Of a stretch of 64,000 nt of DNA, positions 36,861 to 50,441 are shown piece after piece; positions within the stretch are counted from its first letter, which is position 1, and the number at the start of each line of letters is the position of its first letter. The DNA lies in assembly GCA_030390025.1 (NCBI GenBank), contig CM059432.1, forward strand, positions 131,690,001 through 131,754,000. The letters are read 5' to 3'. The position numbers and the translations under genes were made by a program. This DNA comes from Squalus acanthias (Eukaryota). The notes beneath the pieces were generated by a model that worked only from the letters and a program-made list of their open reading frames with translations, was not told where the DNA came from and ran no database searches.

Positions 36861-39800
36861 ATCCCTAAGGTTGTGAGGGTGAAGTGAAGCTATGATTGTG
36901 AGATGTGAGTAGTGATAGGTAGAGATTGTTGGTAGGTGAGTGCTGCAGGTGTGGTGCATTGAGTAGTGTGTGAGTCTTGTGGTGCAAATGGTGGGATATG
37001 GCATTTGCTGAAGCCTTCACTCACCTTGACCTGCTGCGTGAGGTCATGAAACTTCTTTCGGCACTGGCTTGCTGACCTGGGGACCACAGTGCTGGCCATC
37101 ACATAGTCGGCTATCTTTTGCCAGAGCCTTCGCGAGGTGTGCGGCGAGGGCTTCCTGCCAGTGTGTGGGTAGAGGACAGCCCGCCTCCTCTCCACGGCGA
37201 TGACCAGTGCCTCAAGAGTCACGTCGGAGAATCTGCAGGCTCTCTCCCTGTGCTGAGGCTTCACCATGTGTTTGCACTGCCGTCTTCTTCCAGCTGAATT
37301 TGTGAGTGGCTTGACAATGAGGTGCTGTGACATCAATGCACTTCCTCTTTAAGTACTGAATAAAGCCTGTGCAAAACATGACTGGGAATTATACCAGACC
37401 CGATATTGGCCCACCTGTTGAGGGTTAAGCCAATGAGCAGTGGTTTTAGCACTGAAATCAAGACTACAATCATGTTAATGAGGACTGAGCACTAATTTTG
37501 CGTGCTACCTCGACCATTTTGACCCGGCGCAGCTCAACATCGTTGGGCCTTAACACTGCCCATTTCGTGGCCATATCCAATTTCTAGGCCATATAGTTTT
37601 GTAATTGCTTCTATTTAACAGGGAGACAGATGTTAATATTCACTATTCACTTTTAATAATCAACTAAATAACTCAATTATTCTATTGAAAAGTTGAAACG
37701 GAAGCTGTTATAGCATACATAAATTGACACCTTTTCCTCTTTTTTTAATTCAACTTTAACAAAAATGACTCTTTGTTGTAGCAATAATACTACAAGATGT
37801 GTGTGAAGTGCCTCAATAAGAAAGGGACGGAAAGATTTTCAATATAAAGTATTAGTTTTTCTTTCTTTTACAAAGCTGTTCAAGGGTTTTTTTTTCACTC
37901 ACATGCTCAAAAATAAAAGGAAGCCACCACTGGTTATGTTTACTACTTTTAGAAACTGGGGTGCGAATCTCACCAGTTTTTATTTTAATGGCAGTGAAGA
38001 AATGCTAATTATTTAAAGTTTACTGCTGCGTGAGTTTGTTCTACAGGTTTGTGTTAACTTATCCAGCCAGTCAGGATTTATCCGCAATAATGCTCATTTG
38101 ATTCTTGTCAAATGACCGAGGATATAATACCAGCTCCATAGAGTAGGAAACGGTAGGAAATTAGGCAGAGTCTGTACATCTTGAGTCACCGCCATGACTA
38201 GTTTTGGATTTTGAAAAGCTGCTTTAAAGATCCATGGCATTAGATCATATAAGATCAAAGCGATTCCTCTTATTAATTCAACTTTTTGAATTTTGAAATC
38301 AGGAACAGGGTGTGAACTGCAATTCAAGTTTTAAACATGTGCCTTGTTTCCTTGTGTAGTTCGTATTGAAAATTCTACTTCAATTATTGGTTAGTTATGG
38401 CTGCCTTTGTCAGTGTAATAATTCGTTTAAACATCCACATTTTTTGAGATTTTAGATTTCCCAAGAGGGAGAATCAAATACAAAGCTGAGCAGCTGATTG
38501 GATCTTTTTTAAACAATTACTGCTCAGTCGCTTGAAGTTGTCTCTGAGCTGACTTGCTCAGCTGAGGAGAGCAACACAGTAGACGGTTTTAAAGCCTGGT
38601 GGTAGTTGGTCGGTAGGTGCTTCGTCTACTGTAGAGCGTGGAAGGCAAGACGGCCTTCTGCCAGCAGCAGCAACAGTTGGTATAACCGTCGCGGGAAAAT
38701 CCACCTTCAGCAAACGCTCTCCAAAGGGGTTTAGTTGATCCATCATTAAATTAACTGCAGCTCAGCGAGTAAGCTAATTCCTACCTGGTCCTTTTTTAGC
38801 TTCAAGTGAAAAATTACCACATCTTTTCCCTAACAAGCCTAAATGAGCAACAACAGATTAAAAAAATGTTGTTACCAAATTCTTTGGGTGAAAATTTTTA
38901 GCAGAGAACGGGGGAGAAAATGGCAATTTTAGCTTATCAATCATTTTATCCGCCACCTTAACACCTGTCTCTACCAATGTTGTTGTTGAACATGTATTTG
39001 TTTTAGCATGGAGGAAGGGTGGCCATGTTCGAAATATTCTACTTTAAAAGGTAGCAGATTATAATTTGTGACGCTAATATTTCTATTGTAGTTATCACAG
39101 CTCCTCTCTTTCAGGTATTATATTCACTGCATTCTGGTTTTTAGTCTTGTTGGTTTTAACTTTAATCCTTGCTAAACTCTCTCCAGCTTTAGTTAATTGT
39201 GTAGGTGTTCCTGACTGTAAGATATGCCTCCGAGGGAGCACTAAGTGATAACATTAAAAAAAAACTTTAAATCTCCTCTGACATGTAATTTTGTTTAATA
39301 AATTTGGCATTTTGTACCATTTGATGTTGAATGTTTAATTATTTTGCAACAAACATTATGTTGATTTAGTGGTGTACTATTTTTAGCTCACTTGTGTCAA
39401 ACATGCACTATATTAGATCAGATAAAAGCATATTTTCCGAGTCTTTGTCCACTGCCAGCATATATGAGAAAATCATGTGCACATTGTGATTTTCCAATGC
39501 ACATTAGCAGTGGGTAAGGTACATTGCCATAGGCAACACAGTAAATCTACCCTATAATATCGAGATCTGTTTGCTTGTAATACATTGCTCCATTCCAATG
39601 TGAACAGTATAACCTTCTTGTGTGAAAAATATGTAATAATCTCCTATTCCTACAGTGTTAGATTAACGTCATCAACAAATAATAAAAGACTAGAATCACC
39701 CCCACCAAAACAAAACCCCTCCATCTTGAAATATCAAATATTTATGTACCTATTAAAGAATTTAGCACTGAATATCCAATTTCAAGGAATTTATTTCAAT

Positions 39801-39879
39801 CCCAGAGCCTGCAGAGACTCTAGGTGTGATTATCATATTCATACCATCCATTTTTCAGGTGGGCAGAGACAGGAAATTG

Positions 39880-40800
39880 AGCTGTTATGTATTATTATGA
39901 ACCTCTTGGGACTGTCATGGCTCTCATCTCATGGCACCCGAGTCCTGAGACAAACCTGCTAAAGGCTGCATTTATTGTGTCGATAAAAAGGCCAGCCCTG
40001 CCATATCTCCTTTCTGCCACATGTACAGGCATCTGCAGAAGATGGTTGGATGGCAGGCACATGCTGGTATCCTGAGAAATAGCGCTATCATGGGACCACA
40101 TTCCTGCCATGCTACTGGTACTAGGCACTGGCTCTGCATTTACTGATCTGTGGGAAAGCAGACCCAATGGCGTCAATCAGATCCATGAAGCCCTGAGAGA
40201 TGGTTGGCCATAACCTGTTGAAGCCAGAGGAGACAACCCTTTTCACTCTGGCACCTAAGCCGTCTATGGTAGCAGCCTGAACATTCATGACAAAAGCTAA
40301 GACTGCCCTTAGGGCCTCTATTGTGGGGACCTTTGCTACAGGTCAGCCTGGAGTTGTCACACTCTCCAAGGTAGACTGCAGTGCTGTCATTGTGGATTGT
40401 GGTCTCATCCTATTGAACTGCCATCTAATGCAGATTCTTGGAGACCATCCCCAGTATTTGCCCATATGTTTGGTGCTCTGCAAGCATCTTTCTTTTAAGC
40501 ACAGTACCCATGAGATCTGGGTACCTAGGCTCCTGACCCTCCAGTCAACAATGCCTTCCTTCTCCCACCTCCAGCTCCTCCTGCCCACTTGGGTTCTGTG
40601 CATCACATTGTGGGCTCCCCTCTGGTTTAATTTATGATGTCCTTTGGGTGATATCACTCTAGGCTGGTGTCTGGCATGGAGAGGGTGAGTGATGGCACAT
40701 GTGAAGCAGTGCTGCCATGGCTGGAAACAGAGGGGCCATGGTTCATCATCCTCCTCTGCTTCTTGTCACATCTAGAGGAGGAGGTGGAGCATATGAATTG
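39880..40800 (-). pseudogene. Highly decayed Harbinger transposase relic
   Basis: Reverse-strand remnants resembling PGSxHD (GMWSHDS) and NESH...II motifs; many stops. Confidence 0.4.
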
Positions 40801-40829
40801 GAGATTCACTACATGTGGCCAATGTCTCT

Positions 40830-41228
40830 CACGTTGAGGAAAGATTGAGTAGACTAGGCCTATATTCCCTAGAGTTTAGAAGAATGAGAGGTGATCTCAT
40901 TGAAACATAGAAAATTCTTAAGGGGCTTCACAGGGTAAATGTTGGGAGGATGTTTCCCCTGGCTGGGGAGTCTAGAACTAGGGGTCACAGTCTCCGAATA
41001 AGGAGTCGGCCATTTAGGACTGAGATGAGGAGAAATTTGTTCACTCAAAGGGTTGTGAATCTTTGGAATTCTCTACTCCAGAGAGCTGTGGATGCTCAGT
41101 TGTTGAGTATATTCACAGACAGAGATCGATAGATTTGTGGATACTCAGGGAAGCAAGGGATATGGGGATATTGCAGGAAAATTGTTGAGGTAGAAGATCA
41201 GCCATGATCTTATTGAATTTATGTTCTG
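40830..41228 (+). mobile_element. CR1-type LINE 3' fragment
   Basis: RMRGDLIE...MFPLAGESRTRGHSLRI...QRVVNLWNSL. Confidence 0.88.
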
Positions 41229-41789
41229 ATGTTATGTCCTGATGTTTCCTTTAAGAAGAATGCAAAAAGTGAGAATGCTTTCTGGTTTCCTTGAGATGTA
41301 GTCAAACCCAAATGTCAGCAGGCGGTGATGACAGGTGCATGAAACAAGCAACAACATACCATGTGAGGCTTTTAGTGGTGCTCATTCATGTAAGGCTATG
41401 AATGAAGGAACACTTGCAAGTGAAGGCTGATATATAAAGGTCTTGGGGTAACCCCCGATATTAATGGGAGTTTTTCAATATAGTGAGGGGATAGAGTAGA
41501 AGTGGCAAACATGTGTAGTTCAGTCCATTTTTTAATGTGTCTTGCCTGACCTGGCAAGGTAATGAAACTTCTTGTGGCACTTAATTGCTGTTTGTGGGGT
41601 CAGGGAGTTAGCATTGACTGCCCTGATCACCACCATCCACAGTGCCTGGCCCAACCTTTGGACAGCCTTCTTTCCATTACAAATGTGGCGTCCCATGTCT
41701 ACCTTATTTGGGGCAGCAGTACTTCCACCTTATAAATCTTGAAGGTTTTGTGCTTTGCAGAAGACCTTTAAGACAATCTATACAGATTT

Positions 41790-43850
41790 CCACTCCAGCT
41801 TCCATACAAAACTACCGAACATCAAGCCATCGTTTCCAAGATTGTCACTGACCTCATCTCCTCTGGAGATCTTCCCTCCATGGCCGCCGATCTCATAGTT
41901 CCCCAACCCCGCACAGCCTGCTTCCACCTCCTACCCAAGATCCACAAACAGGACTGCCCTGGTAGACCCATTGTTTCAACCTGTTCTTGCCCCACGGAAC
42001 TTATCTCTTCCTATCGCGACTCTATTTTTTCTCCTCTTGTCCAGTCTCTTCCCACCTACATCCGCGACTCTTCCGACGCCCTCTGCCACTTTAACAGTTT
42101 CCAGTTTCCTAGCCCCAACCATCTCCTTTTCACTATGGACGTCCAATCCCCTGAGGGCGCTCCGCTTCTTCCTTGAACAGAGGCCCAACCAGTCCCCTTC
42201 CACCACCACCCTCCTTCATCTGGCTGAACATGTTCTCACATTGAACAACTTCTCCTTTGACTCCACTCACTTTCTCCAAATTAAAGGTGTTACTATGGGA
42301 ACCTGCATGGGTCCTAGCTATGCCTGCCTTTTCTTGGGATATGTGGAACACTCTTTGTTCCAGTCCTACTCAGGTCCCCTCCCTCACCTCTTTTTCCGGT
42401 ACATTGATGACTGTATCGGTGCCGTTTCCTGCTCTCGCCCTGAACTAGAAAATTTCATTCACTTTGCTTCCAATTTCCACCCTTCCCTCACCTTCACATG
42501 GTCCATCTCTGACTCTTCCCTTCCCTTCCTCAACTTCTCTGTCTCCATCTCTGGGGATAGGCTATTGACAAACATTCACTATAAGCCCACTGACTCCCAC
42601 AGCTACCTGGACTACACTTCCTCCCACCCCGCTTCCTGTAAGGACTCTATTCCATTCGCCTAGTTTCTCCATCTCCGCCGCATCTGCTCTGAAGATGCCA
42701 CCTTCCATACTAATGCTTCCGACATGTCTTCCTTATTCCTCAACCGAGGATTCCCTTCTACTGTGGTTGACATGGCCCTTGACCGTGTGCATTCTATTTC
42801 CCGCACTTCTGATCTCACCCTTCCCCTCCCTCCTGGAACCACGATAGGGTTCCCCTTGTCCTCACCTTTCACCCCACCAGCCTCCACATTCAATGGATCA
42901 TCCTCTGCCATTTCTGCCACCTCCAGCGTGATCCCACCACCAAACACATCTTCCCCTCACCTCCCCTTCCAGCATTCCGAAGGGACCGCTCCCTCCACGA
43001 CACCCTGGTCCACTCCTCTATCACCCCCAACACCCCTTCTCCTTCGCCCGGCACTGTGCAAGCGCAGGAGATGCAACACATGCCCTTTTACATCCTCCCT
43101 TCCCACTGTCCAGGGCCCCAAACACTCCTTCCAGGTGAAACAGCGATTTACTTGTATTTCTTGCAATTTAGTATACTGTATTCGCTGCTCACGATGCGGT
43201 CTCCTCTACATTGGGGAGACCGAACGCAGATTGGGTGACCGCTTTGCGGAACACCTCTGTTCAGTCCGTAAGGGTGACCCCGAGCTTCCGGTCTCCTGTC
43301 ACTTTAATTCTCCGCTCCACTCCCACTTTGACCTCGCCGTCCTCGGCCTCTTATACTGTTCCAATGAAGCTCAACGTAAGCTCGAGGAACAACACCTCAT
43401 CTTTTGATTAGGCATTTTACAGCCTTCTGGACTCAACGTCGAGTTCAACAATTTCAGACCATAACCTCTGCCCCATCTCTATTTGTTTTCATTTTTTTTT
43501 CACTCTCTCTCTCGCATGGCAGCTGTCGATCATTATGCCATTGCCATTTACACTTCATCTAGAGTCATCTTTTGTTTCTTAACATGTCCCATCACCATCT
43601 CCTTTTGCCTTGCACCATTATCCCTTTTGTCTCTTAATCTCTGCTGCCTTCCATCCTATCACAGACCTTCCCTTTTGTTCCTTCCTCTCCTCCCCCTCTC
43701 CCTGCTCCTACACTTGCTTAAAAACCTGTTTCATCTCCAACTTTTTCCAGTTCTGATGAAGGGTCATCGACCTGAAACGTTAACTCTGTTTCTCTCTCCA
43801 CTGATGCTGCCTGGCCTGCTGAGTATTTCCAGCATTTTCTGTTTTTATTC
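41790..43850 (+). mobile_element. Penelope-like retroelement (RT plus GIY-YIG endonuclease), decayed
   Basis: LLPKIHK...GRPIVS, QIKGVTMGTCMGPSYACLF, FRYIDD, YKPTD, and NLVYCIRCSRCGLLYIGETERRLGDRFAEH (GIY-YIG). Confidence 0.93.
43747..43788 (+). ncRNA. Minimal hammerhead ribozyme motif in the Penelope 3' terminal region
   Basis: AGTT-CTGATGA-A-GGGTC-ATC-GACCT-GAAA-CGTT-AACT. Confidence 0.65.
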
Positions 43851-44029
43851 CATACACAATGTTCAGTAATGGTGTTTCTGCCCTTTAAGCAGGCTGCAGC
43901 TGATTAAAGCTCACAGCAGCACACCATTTCCCACTCCTAAACTGGTGAACTCCTGAGCAGAGACGTAGACAACACTGGATTCCCACCTTGAGTATTCTAA
44001 TTAGGATGATTCTGCAAAATTTGCCGAGG

Positions 44030-44345
44030 TCAGCCTGGGGCTAGATTAAATGTTAAACTAAGATGCTGTCTGCTGTTCAAGTGGACATCAAAGATCCCAT
44101 GAAACTATGCAAAGAAGAATAGAGACTTCTCCTGGATACTGGCCAATATTGTTCCTGCAACTAATGTCACCATAGTCAGATTATCTGATCATCGCATTTA
44201 CTGTTTGTGGGACCTTGCTGTGGACAAATTGACTACATAACCACAGTGATTGCACTTTAAAATGAATTGATTAGTAGTGAAGAGCTTTGGGATGCTCTGA
44301 GGATGTGATAAGACGCTATATGAAGGCCCAATTCATTCATTCTTT
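44030..44345 (+). mobile_element. Old Deu-SINE fragment
   Basis: Degenerate reverse complement of 24305-24600. Confidence 0.55.
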
Positions 44346-46732
44346 CTTGCTGCAAGTCCAATGGTGTTGAGATGTAATCATGGGGTATTAGATCGCAGGG
44401 TAAACTTCATTTTTTGTGCAAGTGGCCAGTAGGAATGGTGGGTTGTGGGGGAGCCCACATGGCCAATGCTGGAATATTTTCCAGGTTTGAAATTAATTAC
44501 ATTTTCATGGCGAGCTCTTGTCCGTATGGTCAGTGTCTGCAGGAACTCAGACACAGCTGTTTAAAGAATGTTCATTGGCAGAAATCTCTACCCTAATTTT
44601 TTAAGCAAAACGAGAAGTGAATTCATAATTTTATAATAGTCATCCCAAAGTAATTATTTTATAAATGGTGAAATGTTGGCATATTCCTATTTCTCAGATG
44701 CATAGAATTTCATTACTGTTTGAATCAGATCAAATCATTTTTACATATTTCTTTTACATTTACTGTTCTTGACAATTTTGGTACCAAAAACTAACCACAT
44801 TTAAATTATGAAGGAAAGTTTAATTGAATATAGTGCCAAAAAACCCTCTTTGTGTGATAGTAGGGTTCTTCTGAATTCTCACCAAACACTGGTTCTATCA
44901 AGCAAAAATTGAGTATTTCTGTTTCTGTAGCATTTCTGTATTTTTACATAACTAGATTTTTCGAGTGGAGTGTTATGCTGGTTCCTACGTCGATTTAATA
45001 CAACATGTGCAACTTTATCATGACAATTTAAAAAAAATTAGAATGCATTCCACTCCCCGTTTGCTTTTGTTCATTCTTATTGTTTTCCCAGTTGCTGTTT
45101 TCTCCTCCTCCATTTTAAATGATTATCTGAGCTTAATAGTTAAAAATACTCTGAAAGTTAGGTGTTACCTTTTTCTTTTAATTTTTAGAATATCGAGCAC
45201 TTTTCAACAGCTTGACCACCAGGTGGTGGTAAATATTAACAACGGCTTCAGCACAAGTTCTGGTATTCTATTCAGGGTTTATAAGATCATTATTGTTACG
45301 GTATATATGTGGAGAGAGAGAGAGAGACATGGACTAGCACTCTTAGGGCACGGATCTGTAATTAAAAATAAACAAAATAACATTTACAAAGTAAGTGTTT
45401 CTTGCTGGTTTAATTAAACCTGGGGAAAAACCATACATTTCTGCATGCTGCACTGTTTATAAGTTTTAAAAATCCCTGTTACTTTGAATAAAGTTAAAAG
45501 GAATATATAAATGAATATTTATTAATATTGTTTCATAATCTGTAATGTGATATATATTCAGGAGCTAATATATGTTGCAAATTAATATTTACTGAACAGT
45601 TTGAAACACTGTCACATAACAGACATTAAATATATCTTGCACCTCAACACTTGGCTAAATAATAGCTATTTATACTGTACTTCATGTAACTATATTTTAA
45701 TTTGCACCAATGTTTTATGGATGAGTTAGTCTGTTTAGCCAACTGCTGGAATACACTGTAATATCAACCCTCCAAAATACTTTCAACAGCGAGTTTGTGG
45801 TGGCTTGCTGAATCTAAAATATGACATTTCCAGAAATGAGTTTAATATGTGTCAGTGTCAATTGGGTACCTATCATGCTTTCATCACTGCGCAATCTATA
45901 AATGTTAAATTCCATATATATTTCAATAACTTTCATTCACCCCTTACGCAAGACTTGTTTGTGCTTCAATGCTTCAGTAATTATTACATTCTATGCCAAA
46001 AAATGACTTCAGTGTTGATACAAGCCTGTTTTAGATGAACAGAATGCTATCTTTCAATTCATTTGGGTCTATAATGTATTCAACATGAGAATAATGTTTC
46101 ATTTTTCCAGTCGTATGGTAAGACACAATTGTATACAAAACATACTCTGCAGAAAGCTTTGTAAACATCCACTACTTGTCACTTGTGCTTCTTATGATTT
46201 AAATAGAGCCATTTGTTGGCTGTGAGAATGGGGTTCGGAACATTGTATTTCATAGTACAAAATTCTGTTGAGTCCTTCAGTAACTCTGACAAATTAAGTA
46301 GCGTAATTTCTCTGGAATTTGACACTCATTCCGGTCCCCATTATTGCATAATGGAATTATTACTGACTTTTTTTTGAACCTGAGGTGCTTTCTCCATTCT
46401 CCAAAGTGTTTGGACAACATAATGAGCTTTTTCACCACTTCAGGCTCCTTACCTTTAAATACGTCAGCAATAAATCTGGCCTCACCTGAAGCTTTCCTTC
46501 TCTTCATTGGTCATTCTACCTGCTGCAAGGTCATTCCTCTGTCTATCTCTTTCTATCTTGTTCAGCTCTGCCACTTACTTGTCTTGATGTGAACCAGACT
46601 CTGAACAGAATCAGCCAGTACTGTTCGTGATCTGAAAGAAAGACTAGCATTTATATAGCGCCTTTCAGGACCACCGGATGTTCCAAAGCACTTTACAGCC
46701 AATGAAGTACTTTTTGAAGTGTAGGACATATT

Positions 46733-47613
46733 GGGGGAAAAATTCAGTTGGTTGTGCCTCCCGTTAGTGCCTTAAGAGGGCGCTAATGGGGTGCAAAGCA
46801 ACTAGCGCCTGGGCACGGCAATGTTTGCGCCGCTCGCGAAATTAACTAGACATTTTGCGGCGGCGCTAAACAGTACCGCCACGATCCCCTGCGCCGGCAG
46901 ATCGTGACGTCAGTCGAGTGCACAACGCCCCGGTGCGGATATTGAGTGGCGCCCCCTGCCTTACCGCCTGCCGCTAGCAACGACAGGTTGAGGGGAGCGT
47001 TTTGCAGTCAGGAAGGGGCTGGGGGGGCGCTATTTAAAGGCGACCACTTCCTGCCTTTTTTTGTTGGTGACATTTTTGAACCACACATTCTGAGAGAGAG
47101 TGAGAGAGACTTCTGGAGAGATTCAATGCTGTGTGAAGGAGTTTTGGGTACTGAGCAGCACTTTGCAGGTTCATTTTGATTTGCCCTCCTTGTATCGATT
47201 TAGAAGAGACTGTGGGGGCTGCACTCTGAGCTCTTTCCCTGGGCCTCTCCATTGTTATTTCCAGCAGATTTGATGTACAGGTCTCTCCAGGCCGAGATTC
47301 AAGGCTGCAATGAGCAGGATGTGGATGGAAAGCAAGATCAACCCTCCCCTTTAAGAACTGGCCGGGGCCATTGTGTCTGTGTTCCATTGCTGACTGACAT
47401 CTCGTGAGCTTCGCCAGCGCTCTGAGTTAGCGCCTCGCTCCTCGGCCTTTGCGCCTTAAGACAGATGTGTAGCACCTGATTTAGCGCTCCTATCAGCTCC
47501 AGGGGCGATAAAAGTCAAGTTTGCAGTCGGAGGCAATAATTAGCGCCAGGCGCTAAACTTTGCGCCCAGCTGATAATTGCGCCCCAAACGAGGTGATACT
47601 GAATTTTTCCCCC
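46733..47613 (-). mobile_element. Non-autonomous Harbinger (family B), deletion derivative of the 50081 element
   Basis: 16-bp TIR GGGGGAAAAATTCAGT / ACTGAATTTTTCCCCC, flanks ATT/ACT; inverted copy at 53984-54870. Confidence 0.92.
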
Positions 47614-47681
47614 ACTAAATTCAAAATGCCCCCAGAGTCACAATCAGTTTATTTTAGTCTTTTGACCCATAATTACACTTT

Positions 47682-48380
47682 GGGCTGGATTTTGATACTG
47701 GGGTGGGTTGGGGTCGTGTCATCCGCATTTCGTGTTATCCACCCGACTGCAATTGGATGTGGGAGATTGATGCAATTTTCACTTAATTGGGCAATTGAGT
47801 TCCAGCATGTGGGAACCCATGAACCAATTAGTGGTTTCAGTCTGAAAGTCGCCTCTGATGATGTCATCATTGTTGGTGCATTGCAGGTCAGAGACTGCCT
47901 GGTTGTTGCTGTGAGAGGACCTGGATGCAAAATGAGGCAGGTCCTCCAAAGGCCCCGGCAGTCTCTGAAGACATTCAATGCAGCAGCATCAGAGGCGACT
48001 TTCAGACCTAATACTACTACTACCTTCATCACATCTCCGTTGTAATAGTGGACCTGCAGCTGATAGTCAGCTATCCACTTGTGCTCCCGCCAGGTTTCAC
48101 TGGCGTGTTTCACATCAGGCGTGCTTCACGTCAGAAAAGGGTTAAGCTAGCTAAACCGTTTCAAAATGGCATTACAGAGCCAATTTAAGGCTTGTTAAGG
48201 GCTTTAATGGCCTCTCCCGCCTCTTGGAGGCGGGACGGAGTCGGGAACACCGCACACGATTTTATCAAAATTGCGTGGAGGCGGGATGGAGGCAGGATGG
48301 GGTCGGGACCCCCGAATCTGCAACTTTAACCCCCCACACGCCTCCAAACCCGACTCCACGGGTCATTGAAAATCCAACCC
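47682..48380. mobile_element. Harbinger-type MITE (family A), inverted relative to 34917-35695
   Basis: TIR GGGCTGGATTTT / AAAATCCAACCC, TSD TTT. Confidence 0.9.
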
Positions 48381-50441
48381 TTTGTATGTGGCTTAATATC
48401 ACTAATGTTTCACCTTCATTGGAATTGGAACAGTCAAACATATTCAAAGATTGTCATCAGTGTTGTTTTCAATTCTTTGTTACTGCATCTTACTGATCTC
48501 CCCCAGGGCAGCAGTAAGTATGCTACAATTCATCTCAAACCCTAGACTAGGGAGGGGAAAAATCAGTCTGATCATTATCTAGATTGCTCTTTTTTTACAT
48601 TAAATATGCAACACATTTAGATATAAATTTGGGCAATTTCAGCAGAGGGAAAAGTTATTAGTATGCCTAATAAAAACCTCCAACATATTGTAAGTTATCC
48701 ACACACATATCATTGTGTTATAGAGTGTAAAGTTTAGAAATTATTTAGTGCTATAAAGTCTTCTCCATTGGGAACTGGCTTGAGAAAGCCCAACCTCATT
48801 TCTTATGAGACCCTGAATACCCTTCGAGAGAGGGAAGAGTTTATCCCACCTTCTGGGCTGGATTCATTATCCAAGTCCTTAAGCTCAAAGAACTTGAATA
48901 GTTATCCATTCCTGTCCTCCAAACTTTTTTTTCTTCTGTAATGATAACACTTCTATTTATGTGAGTAATACTCATTGTACTTTATCTATTATTCCTGTGC
49001 GCAGTATTGATGTTCTGAAATACGTAAATTTGAAAATCCATAATGATTCATAATGAAGTAAAACATCCACCACATTGAGAGATAGGAGCAGAGGCTGGCT
49101 CTGTGGGCAGGGATTGGAGCAGAAGAGAGCTAAGCACAGGTCGTTGAGTTCAGGTGAATGGAGAGGCCTGGCTCTGAGGCCAGGAGAGAACAATTGCAAT
49201 ATTATAAACTAGTAAATCAATGCCCAATGGATGAATGATTTCAAATATTATAAAAACAAACAGTTTATGAGAGAAAAAAGAGATAGTGAAGCAGAACAGA
49301 AGTAATTCCAGGATTGGAAGTGGAGCAGAAACTGGGCCTACATCTGGAGAGTGGAGCACAGGCTGACTTTGTACACAGCGAGGGAGGCAGGGCCTGACGG
49401 GGGGAGATTTGGTGCTTGTGAAATGGCAGGAAGCTTGTGAATCAGGCCAGTGGCCCAAGGCACCCATGAGGATATAGGGATCCCACGGGGCTTGAGAGTA
49501 TTTGGGGTGGGCATGAGGTCTGTTGGCGTATTATTTTCTTTATTTGGGTGCAAAGGCAACCAGCCTAAAGACAAATAATGATGTCTTTGTGCATATGAGT
49601 TTTCCTACAAGCATTACTCAAGTAAGACTTCCCCTGGGTGAGTTGCACCAGGCCATAAAGTATCAGGGAACGTGTATCGATGATTACAGATGTTTGAGAG
49701 GCCCAATGGATTGTGTGGGAGGATAAATGGAATAATTTGAAGATGGGAAAGGGAAAGTGTGTTGGTAAATTTGATTTTTTTTCTGAAATGTTGAATCTTT
49801 TAGTGTTAATTATGCTATAAATGTTATTATGTTAAAAAATTATGTTCATACACTGTGACTGGTTGTTTTTGACTATACAACAACAACAACAACAATACCA
49901 ACCAGAAATGACATTGCAGAGATAGTTCTGAGATCGGATTGGCTCTGGTTACATGTTTCCGCCATCTCCTATGCGCATTTTTGATTATCTTTATTCATTT
50001 CCCCTTCTTTTAATCTCCAGGGAATTTTGTATATTGTTTCCAAGTTTCAGGGACTTCAGCAGTTTGATTTTTAAAACATTGGGGGAGAAATTCGGTATCG
50101 CCCCGTTTGGGGCGCAATTATCGGCCACGCGCAAAGTTTAGCGCCTGGTGCTAATTATCGCCTCCGACTGCAAACTTGGCTTCTATCGCTCCTGGAGGTG
50201 ATTGGAGCGCTAAATCAGGCGCTACACACCTCTCTTAAGGCGCAAACGCCGAGGAGCGAGGCGCTACCTCAGAGCGCTGGCGAAGCTCAGGTGATGTCAG
50301 TTAGTTATAGAACACAGACAGACTGGCGCCGGCCAGTTCTTAAAGGGGAGGGTCGATCTTGCTCTCCAGCCACACCCTGCTCATTGCAGCCTTGAATCTC
50401 GGCCTGGACAGAGCTGAACTTGAATTCTGCTGGAAAGAAGA

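Larger units (their letters stand above)
33230..37267 (-). pseudogene. Harbinger ORF2 Myb/SANT protein, spliced (exon 1 37267-37025, exon 2 remnant about 34550-34440, exon 3 about 34367-33230)
   Basis: RFSDVTLEALV...LWQKIA...RSASQCRKKFHDL|gtgagt; exon 3 is homologous to 51170-51982. Confidence 0.85.
31356..37590. mobile_element. Full-length decayed PIF/Harbinger transposon with nested CR1 and MITE
   Basis: Perfect 12-bp TIR GGCCTAGAAATT / AATTTCTAGGCC, 3-bp duplication ATA, convergent transposase (+) and Myb/SANT (-) genes. Confidence 0.93.

Noticed and set aside
44965..45417. 150-aa plus-strand ORF
   Set aside because: Non-ATG start, AT-rich with a microsatellite, no recognisable motif or splice support.
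46277..46507. 76-aa minus-strand ORF as a coding exon
   Set aside because: No recognisable homology, and no consistent acceptor/donor pair gives an open frame.
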